From: Bacteroidota bacterium
GTDB taxonomy: Bacteria; Bacteroidota; Bacteroidia; Chitinophagales; BACL12
Assembly (NCBI GenBank): GCA_043727235.1
Contig: JAYSYX010000051.1
Coordinates: 1 to 44,466 of the forward strand
Direction: 5' to 3'
Length of the DNA stretch: 44,466 nt
Part shown: positions 29,901 through 38,508 of the stretch, piece after piece
Numbering within the stretch: the stretch's first letter is position 1
How the letters are laid out: each line of letters opens with the position of its first letter
Position numbers and translations under genes: made by a program
The notes under the pieces: model-generated
What the model was told of the DNA's origin: nothing
Seen by the model: only the letters and a program-made list of their open reading frames with translations
Databases searched by the model: none

Positions 29901-30811
29901 CAATGGATAGTACAAATTCACCTTCATTGGATGGTTCAATTGGTTATTCTTATTTCCCTGGTTATGCAATTGATGTGGAAACAGGAACAAGAGTAAATAT
30001 TTTCTTTGGTGAAGACGGATGTTCTGGTCAGCCAGACGGTAGAGGAAAAGATATGGTATGGAACCCTTCATCCACTTTCTTTGATGAAACCTTTAATCCG
30101 ATATATGGTGGTAAACATTATTTATATGTAACCAAAACCAAATACGACGGGTGCAAAAACATGCACGATTCGCTTCAGTGGATCGGCGGTTCAAAACCGG
30201 AGACCTCTTATTATAAAGATGTATTCCTGAATGTTGTTTGGATCTCAATGCCATTTTTACAACCGGGTTATACTTCCACCGTGGGACAAACAATGGAAAT
30301 CCCGACAACAACTACGGTTCAGTTGCGAGTAACTAAACCTTATTTGTCACAATTTGTTACGGGAGAAAATCTTGGATTTCCTCTTTATCGTTTCTCTACT
30401 GCCTCTTTAGCTCCTGGTGTAAACAATACAGAAGTGGCGAGCAGTGCATTGGATCTGATAAGAGTGGTTCCAAATCCTTATTATGCCTATTCCGCATATG
30501 AAACAAGTTCCTTGGACAATAATGTTAAGATCACAAACCTTCCTCCACAGTGTACAATTTCGATATTTAGTTTGGATGGCACCTTAGTTCGTAGATTTGA
30601 ACGCGACGTTAGTGCAGATAATACAGCAGGTGGAGAATTGAATGCAAAGGAATCGAATACAGACACTGCTCTAGATTGGGATTTAAAAAATGAAAAGAAT
30701 GTTCCACTTGCCAGCGGTATGTATATAGTGCATATTGATGCCGGAGCACTTGGAGAAAAAACAATTAAATGGTTTGGCGTAATGAGACCAATAGATCTGG
30801 ACACTTTCTAA
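26933..30811 (+). CDS. Large secreted protein with T9SS-type C-terminal domain
   Basis: Signal peptide; FN3-like segment (PDAPDL..FQGYKIYQ..YYFSVVSY); CTD-like IRVVPNPYY..ISIFSLDGTLVR..ASGMYIVHI. ATG 26933 preferred to TTG 26927. Confidence 0.8.
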   Translation: MLKNKLNWILLFTLFASMNVYAKENIGITGKRLNTYAKLTAGCSDATTQVDLDINNVRCRLLGAGDFWWDLQNDAKYEIPKVDPSTGTIPVSSSFAGALWVGGIDAGGQLKIAAQTYRQSGNDFWPGPLDTDGTIEEATCNAYDRHWKVNRTELDDFFETILEYGGNPGVSETPAEIPENRIPTVVREWPGLQNPMATGKAGELLNVTRDLAPFVDVNFNGIYEPQLGEYPDIDGDQAIFWVYNDKGNIHTESGGDAIGIEIQALAFGFTTNDEINDMTFYRYKVTNFATTSLDSTYFGQWVDSDLGAYDDDWVGCDTVLSLGLCYNGDLVDGPTSPNYGANPPIFGTDFFQGPIKYTFDDGVITDSVRLGMSSFLYYDNNFLITGNPEVAAHYYGYMSGTWKDGSPFTYGGNGYGGTERTNFIFPSDPSDPTGWSECTEGNTAFDRRYLQSSGPFKLLPGAKNEIVMGAIWVRPPVSGGCQTSFDLARLADQKAQALFDANFQLIGGPDAPDLDIRELDQALVLSLTNGPTSNNIGEAYEETDPLIVSIVSQLPDSVIEANPGITDTTYGFQGYKIYQLENAQVSPSEYNDVTKAKLIFQSDLKDGIDKIVNYSFDVTIGADVPELMVEGSDEGVKHTFYVTDDAFAAGNSTLVNFKTYYFSVVSYAHNNFLQYDVTNPNSQKRPYLEGRKNIKIYTAIPHKPDPENGGMVLNADYGDGPDITKIEGIGNGGNFQELTDASVETILTNSFMLAPVYKGRKAPIDVMVYDPVRLPAAEFELKMVDSTNSNPLNADSTWWVLTNLTDGISVVSDFPINFVNEQIIPDWGLSVTVHNVQNPGGQTVSGSFVEKEENNGLLGATLTYENPNKQWLTGVPDNDGTVLDWIRSGIADGLFADVLPNPDENQVFEGILGGTWAPTELVAFNTADVPYMPLRSIVGLRPQIPIEETIGVDVVFTSDRSKWSKCMVVESGECTTVRDEVKLDLRQLPSMDSTNSPSLDGSIGYSYFPGYAIDVETGTRVNIFFGEDGCSGQPDGRGKDMVWNPSSTFFDETFNPIYGGKHYLYVTKTKYDGCKNMHDSLQWIGGSKPETSYYKDVFLNVVWISMPFLQPGYTSTVGQTMEIPTTTTVQLRVTKPYLSQFVTGENLGFPLYRFSTASLAPGVNNTEVASSALDLIRVVPNPYYAYSAYETSSLDNNVKITNLPPQCTISIFSLDGTLVRRFERDVSADNTAGGELNAKESNTDTALDWDLKNEKNVPLASGMYIVHIDAGALGEKTIKWFGVMRPIDLDTF

Positions 30812-30822
30812 AACCGAAACAC

Positions 30823-31884
30823 ATGACTAAAATGAAAAATATACTTGTTACCCTATTTATAGCGATCCCGGCAGTGGTATTAGCAGGAAATCCTGACCGC
30901 TCGGGAGAGGCAGGCGCATCAGAATTACTGATAAATCCATGGGCTCAGAGTTCAGGATGGTATGGTTTGAATATCTCCTCCGTTCGCGGTGTGGAAGCCC
31001 CGAATATCAATGTTGCCGGATTATCCTTTTTGGAAGGCAGTCAAATAGAATTTTGCAGAACAGAATGGTTAGTTGGATCTGAGATCAGTTTAACTACCTT
31101 CGGCTTTGCACAAAAAATTGGAGATGGCGCTATCGGACTCACTTTAACATCAATGGACCTCGGTGAAATAGAAGTTACTACCACCGAAAGTCCTGATGGA
31201 ACAGGAGCTTACTATAAACCCCGTTTTTCAAACCTCGGACTTTCCTATTCCAGGAAATTTGCCGATTATTTGAGCGGTGGAGTTACTGTACGGGTAATAA
31301 CTGAGAGCATTTCCGATGTGAAAGCGATAGGAGTTTCAATGGATGTTGGTATACAATATATCACCGGACCTGCGGAACACCCTGAACAGATCAAAATGGG
31401 AATTGCCCTCAAAAATGTCGGAACACCGATGAAGTTCAGCGGCGACGGATTGAGTTTTAGAGGTAATGTTCCTGATGGAGATTATTCTATGACTCAGGAC
31501 TTCAGAGCAGAGACTTTCGAATTACCTTCTTTATTGACCATTGGAGTGTCGTACGACTTTTATTTCGGTCAGGAGCATCGCTTAACAGCTGTGGGTAACT
31601 TCGTTTCCAATTCCTTCTATAAAGATCAGTTTGGTGCCGGATTGGAATATGCCTTGAAGGTGAAAAATACTGAAATGTTCATGTTACGTGCAGGTTACAG
31701 ATACGAAAACGGAATTACTGACGACGTTGAAAGAACTTCCGCTTCTACAGGTATTGCTGCTGGAATGACATTCCAATATCCAATAGATAAATTGGGAAAT
31801 AATATTGTTGCTTTAAATTATTCTTACAGAACTTCTTATCAATACGAAGGTTCCCATTGTTTTGGACTTCGTTTAAGTTTCTGA
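30823..31884 (+). CDS. PorV/PorQ family outer membrane beta-barrel
   Basis: Signal peptide; GEAGASELLINPWAQSSG resembles the PorV N-terminal motif; N.AGL, GLSYSRK, DVGIQY, FELPS; terminal Phe. Start at 30823 or 30832 rather than 30769. Confidence 0.8.
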   Translation: MTKMKNILVTLFIAIPAVVLAGNPDRSGEAGASELLINPWAQSSGWYGLNISSVRGVEAPNINVAGLSFLEGSQIEFCRTEWLVGSEISLTTFGFAQKIGDGAIGLTLTSMDLGEIEVTTTESPDGTGAYYKPRFSNLGLSYSRKFADYLSGGVTVRVITESISDVKAIGVSMDVGIQYITGPAEHPEQIKMGIALKNVGTPMKFSGDGLSFRGNVPDGDYSMTQDFRAETFELPSLLTIGVSYDFYFGQEHRLTAVGNFVSNSFYKDQFGAGLEYALKVKNTEMFMLRAGYRYENGITDDVERTSASTGIAAGMTFQYPIDKLGNNIVALNYSYRTSYQYEGSHCFGLRLSF

Positions 31885-31898
31885 TTAAATACTTTTTA

Positions 31899-31906
31899 TA
31901 ACTTTG
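31899..31906 (+). promoter_or_regulatory. -7 promoter box for greA
   Basis: TAACTTTG followed by C. Confidence 0.65.
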
Positions 31907-31908
31907 CG

Positions 31909-31944
31909 GAAACGTTTCTGAACAGGAAACGTTTCTTTTTTTTT
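31909..31944 (+). terminator. Intrinsic terminator after the PorV-family gene, inside the greA leader
   Basis: GAAACGTTTC-TGAACAG-GAAACGTTTC then 9 T. Confidence 0.8.
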
Positions 31945-31961
31945 ATTTTAAAAACAATGTC

Positions 31962-32438
31962 ATGGGTGAAATAAGCTATTTGAGTAAAGAGGGAATGGAG
32001 AATCTGAAGATCGAAATTCAAGATCTAAAAACGAATGGTCGCAAAGAAATGGCTAAACAGATAAATGAGGCCCGCGAAAAAGGAGATCTTGCAGAAAACG
32101 CCGAATACCATGCTGCTAAAGAAGCACAGGGTTTGATGGAAATGAAAATTGCCAAACTTGAGGAGTTGTTAATGAATGCAAGATTGTTAGATGAATCAAA
32201 AATAGATATCTCTAAAGTTTCTGTTTTTACTACGGTTAAATTGCACGATACAAAATTCAATAAGGATATATCTTATAAGCTTGTTTCTGAAAAGGAAGCC
32301 GATATTAAAACCGGAAAAATTTCTGTTACTTCCCCAATAGGAAAAGGATTATTGGGAAAAAGTGTCGGTGACGTGGTAAATATTATTGTTCCGGCAGGTT
32401 CCATCGAATTTAAAATATTAGATATCTCAGTTGTATAA
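31962..32438 (+). CDS. greA: Transcription elongation factor GreA
   Basis: AREKGDLAENAEYHAAK, ISVTSPIGKGLLGK, VPAG. Confidence 0.97.
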   Translation: MGEISYLSKEGMENLKIEIQDLKTNGRKEMAKQINEAREKGDLAENAEYHAAKEAQGLMEMKIAKLEELLMNARLLDESKIDISKVSVFTTVKLHDTKFNKDISYKLVSEKEADIKTGKISVTSPIGKGLLGKSVGDVVNIIVPAGSIEFKILDISVV

Positions 32439-32830
32439 TGCCAACTCTTTTTTCAAGAATTATTAATGGTGAAATTCCTTGTCATAAAATTGCAGAAGAT
32501 GAGAATTTTTTTGCATTTCTTGATATTATGCCTTTAGCTCCGGGGCATGTATTGGTGGTTCCTAAAAAACAAATAGATTATATTTTTGATGTGGATGATG
32601 ATTTGTTAAGCGGAATTTTACCTTTTGCAAAAAAAATTGCCATAGCAATGGAAAAGGTGATTCCCTGCGAACGCATAGGAATTGCTGTTATCGGATTGGA
32701 AGTGCCACATGCGCATTTGCATTTAATACCGCTTCGGACAATGGACGATATTAACTTCTCGCGTCCTAAATTAAAAATGTCGGATACAGAACTCGAAGAA
32801 ATTGCAGTTAGAATTGTCGCACATTTGTGA
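32438..32830 (+). CDS. HIT family protein
   Basis: FSRIINGEIP, AFLDI.P..GHVLVVPK, VPHAHLHLIP; TAATG overlap with greA. Confidence 0.95.
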   Translation: MPTLFSRIINGEIPCHKIAEDENFFAFLDIMPLAPGHVLVVPKKQIDYIFDVDDDLLSGILPFAKKIAIAMEKVIPCERIGIAVIGLEVPHAHLHLIPLRTMDDINFSRPKLKMSDTELEEIAVRIVAHL

Positions 32831-32857
32831 TCTCAATACCTAAATTAATTTGAACTG

Positions 32858-33424
32858 TCATTTTTTTACCTTGCCGGGATTGGCATTGATATAATCTGAC
32901 CAACCATTAAATTGTTTTCCCTTTAGTGCAATTTTTTTTCCGGAATTGAAATGACATACAGCTACTGCAAGTGCATCTGTAGCGTCAAAATATTTAGGCA
33001 TTTCTTCAATTTTTAAAGTGCTTTCCAACATTTTTGCAACCTGTTCTTTTGATGCATTTCCTTTGCCGGTAATAGATTGTTTTATTCTACGGGGACTATA
33101 TTCAATAACAGGTACATTATTATTTACCCCTGCAATAATAGCTGCGCCCTGCGCTCGTCCCAGCTTTAACATCGATTGTACATTTTTACCGAAAAAAGGT
33201 GCTTCTATTGCTAATGCATCTGGTTTATATTCCTTTATATATGCAGTGAGTTTTTCATAGATAATACCCAATCGTATAAAATGATCATCGGTCTTTTTTA
33301 GTTGTATAACACCGTTTATTAATATTTTGATAGTATTTTTATCGGCACAAATAATACTATAACCCAATATATTTGTTCCCGGGTCAACACCCATTATTAT
33401 TTGCTGTTGAATTTTTTCTGACAT
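32858..33424 (-). CDS. ruvC: Holliday junction resolvase
   Basis: GVDPG, AIEAPF, LGRAQG, GNASKEQV, DATDALAVAVCH; ATG 33424 preferred to GTG 33436. Confidence 0.96.
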   Translation of the reverse strand: MSEKIQQQIIMGVDPGTNILGYSIICADKNTIKILINGVIQLKKTDDHFIRLGIIYEKLTAYIKEYKPDALAIEAPFFGKNVQSMLKLGRAQGAAIIAGVNNNVPVIEYSPRRIKQSITGKGNASKEQVAKMLESTLKIEEMPKYFDATDALAVAVCHFNSGKKIALKGKQFNGWSDYINANPGKVKK

Positions 33425-33437
33425 TACTTGAAGCACA

Positions 33438-34418
33438 TTGAAAAATAAAACGAATAGATCCTTCCTTTGGTCACTGGGTATAAAAGTAGCAGTTTTACTT
33501 TTATTGGCTTTTGCACTTTATAAACAATTGTATAATAATGAAGACCTTCTTCAAATTCCTGTTTTGCTCCAAAACCGTTCCGGCGCGTATTTGGTATTTG
33601 TGTTTTTGATCCTTGTCGGACTCATGTTTCTTAATTGGGGCATCGAAGCATATAAATGGAAATTGCTTATTCAGAAATTAAATCCCATTCGTTTCGTTAG
33701 AACTTTCAAAGCAGTTTGGACCGGTGTGACCCTGGGATTGTTCACACCAAACCGTGTTGGTGAATTTGGAGGGCGTATATTGTACGTTCCACGCAAATTT
33801 CGTATCCCGGCAGTGATCGTTTCTTTGATAGGAAGTTTTAGCCAAAATCTTGCTACTATTATTACTGGTGTTATAAGCATGGTTATCTATTTGTACAAAG
33901 TGGAAAATATCGCCTCCTTTCTGTTTTTTTCCGTTATTCTGATAAGTTCTATAACCATAATTTTATTATTGCTGGCCTATTATAATCTGGATGTGGTGAT
34001 ACAGGTTTTTAAAAGAAACAAATTTCTAAAGAGAATTTATCCCTATACGGAAGTGCTTAAACAATACCATTCTGCTGATGTTACAAGGTTATTGCTGTTA
34101 TCCATTTTGCGATATGCTGTTTACACGGCACAGTATTTGATTTTTCTGCGATTGTTTGGTGCAGAGATAGGTGTTTTTGATGGAATTGTTGCCATAGGGG
34201 TTATTTACCTTGCACAAACAGTGGTTCCAAGTTTTGCGATAGTGGATCTGTTGACCAGATTGCCGATCGCGACACTCATTTTTTCAAATTATGAAGTAAA
34301 TGTGGGAATAACGTTGGCGGCAACTTCAAGCATCTGGATACTTAATCTAATAGTGCCGGCAACATTGGGTTATATATTTATTTTTAAATATAATTTTTTT
34401 AAAAACAAACAATCATGA
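33438..34418 (+). CDS. Lysylphosphatidylglycerol synthase TM-domain (flippase-like) membrane protein
   Basis: About 8 TM segments; NWGIEAYKW, FTPNRVGEFGGR motif; TTG start. Confidence 0.82.
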   Translation: MKNKTNRSFLWSLGIKVAVLLLLAFALYKQLYNNEDLLQIPVLLQNRSGAYLVFVFLILVGLMFLNWGIEAYKWKLLIQKLNPIRFVRTFKAVWTGVTLGLFTPNRVGEFGGRILYVPRKFRIPAVIVSLIGSFSQNLATIITGVISMVIYLYKVENIASFLFFSVILISSITIILLLLAYYNLDVVIQVFKRNKFLKRIYPYTEVLKQYHSADVTRLLLLSILRYAVYTAQYLIFLRLFGAEIGVFDGIVAIGVIYLAQTVVPSFAIVDLLTRLPIATLIFSNYEVNVGITLAATSSIWILNLIVPATLGYIFIFKYNFFKNKQS

Positions 34419-35263
34419 TCAAACCATTATTATTTGCATCCTTATCCCTTGGAACATTATTTTCTGATAATAAAGAAAATGATTTTCCATCTGCATCTTT
34501 ACCGGTTTCGGAAACTTGTGAAATTCCGCATATGGCATTTCAATCGGGAGAATCGTTAACGTATAAAGTATATTATAACTGGGGTGCAGTTTGGTTGAGT
34601 GGTGGTGAAATATATTTTAAACTCACCAGCGAAACCTACAAGGGAGTTTCGGTTCTGCATGCTGCAGGTGAAGCAAATAGTTATAAATCATTCGACTGGT
34701 TGTTTAAAGTTCGCGATAAAGCAGATACCTGGATGAACAGTGAAACTTTGCAGTCGTATAAGTTCACACGCGATGTATATGAGGGTGGTTATACTTTTTA
34801 TCGTTCTTACGATTGGGACAGAGAAAAAAATATAATTTATTCTTATCAGGATAACCGCAAGGGAAAACAAGTTACCAAAACAATTACTGATGTTGATCCA
34901 TGCGGTGTTGACCTCCTCTCCACTTTTTACTGGATGCGCACGTTGGATCTTACCAATGCCAAAACGGGTGATAAAATACATGTTAAAATGGCTATTGATG
35001 ATGAAGAATATGATATGTATGTGCGTTATGATGGCAAAGAAGTATACGAAACTAAATTGGGAAAATTTAATTGTATAAAATTAAAACCATTGCTCAAAGA
35101 AGGTGAAATATTTAAGGAAGGAGAAGGAATGACCCTTTGGTTAACCGACGACGACAACAGGATTCCAGTGAGAATTGAATCTGAATTGCGTGTAGGAAGA
35201 ATTACCTGCGATCTGAAATCATATGGTGGAAATAAATATCCATTTTCCTCTAAGGTTGAATAA
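34415..35263 (+). CDS. DUF3108 domain exported protein
   Basis: AFQSGESLTYKVYY, FKVRD, WLTDDDNRIPVRIE..VG; ATGA overlap with upstream gene. Confidence 0.82.
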   Translation: MIKPLLFASLSLGTLFSDNKENDFPSASLPVSETCEIPHMAFQSGESLTYKVYYNWGAVWLSGGEIYFKLTSETYKGVSVLHAAGEANSYKSFDWLFKVRDKADTWMNSETLQSYKFTRDVYEGGYTFYRSYDWDREKNIIYSYQDNRKGKQVTKTITDVDPCGVDLLSTFYWMRTLDLTNAKTGDKIHVKMAIDDEEYDMYVRYDGKEVYETKLGKFNCIKLKPLLKEGEIFKEGEGMTLWLTDDDNRIPVRIESELRVGRITCDLKSYGGNKYPFSSKVE

Positions 35264-35272
35264 AAAAATAAT

Positions 35273-35303
35273 AAAAAAACCGGGTTTAAAGCCGGTTTTT
35301 TTT
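35273..35303. terminator. Bidirectional intrinsic terminator
   Basis: AAAAAAACCGG-GTTTAAAG-CCGGTTTTTTTT between convergent genes. Confidence 0.88.
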
Positions 35304-35316
35304 ATTTTATTTGTTT

Positions 35317-36216
35317 TCAGATATATTTAATAATACTTTGTTCAGGACTCGTTTTTAATAAAACTTCTTTTCCTAAATACAGAGCCCTGTTGTCATCCTG
35401 ATGTCCTGCAGGAAACCCAAAACAAACAGGAATATCATATTCCTTAAATTGTTCCAGAATTATATTTTCCACTGTTCTGCCAAAGGGCACCTGATTATCT
35501 TTAAGTTCGGTCATACCTCCAATCACCACCCCTTTCAGATGATCTAATTTACCCGCGAGTTTTAAACTCCACATCATACGGTCTATATGATATAGATATT
35601 CATCTACATCTTCAATAAATAGAATTTTACCGGCGCTTGAAAATCCGAATCTTGTACCTAACAGGGAATATAATATTGATAAATTTCCCCCGATCAGAAT
35701 GCCACTTGCTTCTCCATAAACGTTGGACGCATCAGGAGCAATTGTATATTCAGGCATTATTCCAAACAATAAATTTTTTAATGATTCCAATGATGCAGAA
35801 CTATTTTTTGGAAAGGTAAAGGGCATAGCTGAATGAATTACCGGAAGTCCGAGTTTATCTGTTATATGGTTAAATAAAACAGTCATATCACTAAATCCGC
35901 AAATAAATTTCGGCGATAACATAAAACCTGTAAAATCAATTTTCTCCATTATTCTTATTGTACCGTATCCTCCTCTCGCACAAATAATGGCTCTTATTTC
36001 AGCATTATCTAAAAATTGCTGAAGATTTTTTGCTCTTATACCGTCATCACCCGCAAATTGTCCTTCTTTCGATGAAATAGATTCTCCGTATACCGGAACA
36101 AGTCCCCAGGATCTCAAAAGCTCATCGGCAAATTCCATCTCTTTTCTTTCGATCCATCGGGCCGTTGATAGTATACCAATTTTATCTCCGGGCTTCACAG
36201 CTAAACGGTTGACCAT
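35317..36216 (-). CDS. LD-carboxypeptidase (S66 family)
   Basis: ARGGYG, GFSD (Ser), GGNLS, EDVDE (Glu), AGH (His); ATG 36216 removes the overlap with metG. Confidence 0.93.
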   Translation of the reverse strand: MVNRLAVKPGDKIGILSTARWIERKEMEFADELLRSWGLVPVYGESISSKEGQFAGDDGIRAKNLQQFLDNAEIRAIICARGGYGTIRIMEKIDFTGFMLSPKFICGFSDMTVLFNHITDKLGLPVIHSAMPFTFPKNSSASLESLKNLLFGIMPEYTIAPDASNVYGEASGILIGGNLSILYSLLGTRFGFSSAGKILFIEDVDEYLYHIDRMMWSLKLAGKLDHLKGVVIGGMTELKDNQVPFGRTVENIILEQFKEYDIPVCFGFPAGHQDDNRALYLGKEVLLKTSPEQSIIKYI

Positions 36217-36224
36217 ATTATTTT

Positions 36225-36232
36225 TACTTTTG
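36225..36232 (+). promoter_or_regulatory. -7 promoter box for metG
   Basis: TACTTTTG followed by C, 21 nt before TTG 36254. Confidence 0.6.
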
Positions 36233-36253
36233 CAGTTCAAAATTGACAAAAAC

Positions 36254-38347
36254 TTGCAACACCCGGAAAGATATTTAATAACATCAGCACTGCCTTATGC
36301 AAACGGGCCATTACATATTGGTCATATTGCAGGAGCATACCTGCCAGCGGATATTTATGTTCGTTATTTGCGGAGGAGAAAAAGAGACGTTGTTTTTGTT
36401 TGTGGAAGCGATGAACACGGCGCAGCTATTACCATTCAGGCAAAAAAAGAAAATACTGCACCTCAGGTCATCATTGACAAATATCATGAGATCATTAAAA
36501 ATGCATTTCAGGGATTGGCAATAAGTTTTGATATTTACCACCGAACATCTTCAAAAATTCACCATGAAACTTCAAGCGAATTCTTTTTGAATTTGTATAA
36601 CAAAAATGTATTTGAGGAAAAAGAAAGTGAACAGTATTTCGACGAAAAATTTCAACAATTTCTTGCCGATAGATATATAGTTGGAACCTGTCCCGTATGT
36701 GCAAATCAGAATGCCTTTGGCGACCAATGCGAAAAATGCGGGACCTCACTTTCCCCCGATGATCTTATAGATCCTGTATCCTCCTTAAGCAATGAAAAAC
36801 CGATTAAAAGAAAGACCACACATTGGTACCTTCCCTTAAATAAATATCAGGACTGGCTTACAAAATGGATAATTGATGGAGAAGGCAGAACTGAGGAATG
36901 GAAAAAAAATGTTGTGGGCCAATGTTCAAGTTGGTTAAAACAAGGATTGCATCCGCGTTCCATTACAAGAGATCTTGATTGGGGGGTAAAAGTTCCATTG
37001 CAAAATGCGAAAGGAAAAGTATTATATGTGTGGCTCGATGCGCCGATTGGGTATATAAGTGCAACAAAACAATGGGCAATAGATAATAATAAAAACTGGG
37101 AGCCATATTGGAAAGATAAAAACACAAAATTGTTACATTTTATCGGCAAGGATAATATCGTATTTCATTGTCTGATATTTCCCTGTATTTTGAAAAGTCA
37201 CGGTGATTTTATTATTCCTACAAATGTACCTGCAAACGAATTTATGAATATGGAAGGAGATAAAATGTCTACTTCACGGAATTGGAATATTCAATTGCAT
37301 AAATATTTGGAAGAATTTCCGGATAAAGAAGATGTTTTGCGTTATGTTTTATGTGCAAATATGCCAGAGACCAAGGATAGCGAATTTACCTGGAAGGACT
37401 ATCAGGCGCGAAATAACAACGAATTGGTCGCTATATTGGGAAATTATGCGAATCGGGTTTTGGTATTAACGCATAAATATTTTGATGGAAAAATTCCATC
37501 TGAAAATACGCTGTTATTGAAGGAAGATTACATTATTAATTATTATAAGAATATTCAAAATATAATAGATGAAGTTTATGTTCCCTCCCTTGAAAATTAT
37601 CGTTTCAGAGATGCATTAAATGCAATGATGGATGTTGTTCGTCTGGGCAATAAATTATTGACGGATTTCGAGCCCTGGAAATTAATTAAAACAGACACTG
37701 AAAAAACAGCCGGAGTGTTGCGAATTTGCCTTGAAAGTTTGTTGGATATTGGAATATTGTGTGAACCTTTTTTGCCTTTTACTGCAATAAAAATATTTAA
37801 TACACTCGGAATCAATGGCGACCCCGGATTTGAATTCTTTAATTCAAAACTGGAAACAGCAAAACAGCTCGGAGAAGCAATTTATTTATTTAAAAAAGTG
37901 GAAGATGATGTAATTGAGGCGAAATTATCTGCGCTTGAGGAGATTCGAATAGCAAAAAATGAACAATTCGAAATTAAAAATGAACAGACATTAAATGTTT
38001 CTGAAAAACCGGCGATAAAATCAACAATTCAATTTGAAGATTTTTCAAAATTGGATCTGAGGACAGGAATTATTAAAATCGCAGAAAAAATAGAAGGTGC
38101 TGATAAACTTTTGAAATTATCGGTGGACCTGGGTTTTGAAATGCGAACAATAGTTTCAGGTATTGCCAAACATTTCGATCCCACCGAACTTGTTGGTAAA
38201 AAGGTAATCGTACTTGTTAATCTCGCTCCGAGAAAAATGAAAGGAGTAGAAAGTAATGGAATGATACTTATGGCAGAAAGTCCATCCGGAAAATTATATT
38301 TTGTGGCAGAGGAAGGCTCTTCTTTACCGGGTTTACCAATAAGTTAA
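36254..38347 (+). CDS. metG: Methionine--tRNA ligase
   Basis: ALPYANGPLHIGH, CPVC..CEKC knuckle, GKDNIVFH, KMSTS, C-terminal tRNA-binding domain; TTG 36254 inferred as start. Confidence 0.97.
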   Translation: MQHPERYLITSALPYANGPLHIGHIAGAYLPADIYVRYLRRRKRDVVFVCGSDEHGAAITIQAKKENTAPQVIIDKYHEIIKNAFQGLAISFDIYHRTSSKIHHETSSEFFLNLYNKNVFEEKESEQYFDEKFQQFLADRYIVGTCPVCANQNAFGDQCEKCGTSLSPDDLIDPVSSLSNEKPIKRKTTHWYLPLNKYQDWLTKWIIDGEGRTEEWKKNVVGQCSSWLKQGLHPRSITRDLDWGVKVPLQNAKGKVLYVWLDAPIGYISATKQWAIDNNKNWEPYWKDKNTKLLHFIGKDNIVFHCLIFPCILKSHGDFIIPTNVPANEFMNMEGDKMSTSRNWNIQLHKYLEEFPDKEDVLRYVLCANMPETKDSEFTWKDYQARNNNELVAILGNYANRVLVLTHKYFDGKIPSENTLLLKEDYIINYYKNIQNIIDEVYVPSLENYRFRDALNAMMDVVRLGNKLLTDFEPWKLIKTDTEKTAGVLRICLESLLDIGILCEPFLPFTAIKIFNTLGINGDPGFEFFNSKLETAKQLGEAIYLFKKVEDDVIEAKLSALEEIRIAKNEQFEIKNEQTLNVSEKPAIKSTIQFEDFSKLDLRTGIIKIAEKIEGADKLLKLSVDLGFEMRTIVSGIAKHFDPTELVGKKVIVLVNLAPRKMKGVESNGMILMAESPSGKLYFVAEEGSSLPGLPIS

Positions 38348-38508
38348 CTTTATATGATTAGTGGGGAGAGCCTTAATTAAATTTACCGACCACGCAACGC
38401 AGTATCTCTGCCTTGTCGTCTTTCGAGGGTTGTCTTAGAATTACAACTCAAATTCATGAAAGTCAAATTTGTTTTTCAACCTGTACTGGTTGATTGGTTG
38501 AATAGCTA

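Noticed and set aside
23196-30811. SusC/SusD polysaccharide utilisation locus
   Set aside because: The second gene has a type I signal peptide and a CTD, not a SusD lipobox, and no CAZymes are nearby.
30769-30822. Apparent overlap of the PorV-family ORF with the cargo gene
   Set aside because: The signal peptide starts at ATG 30823/30832; the extension is an ORF-calling artefact.
36209-36253. Apparent head-to-head overlap of metG and the LD-carboxypeptidase
   Set aside because: Downstream starts (TTG 36254, ATG 36216) fit the conserved N-termini and leave room for a promoter box.
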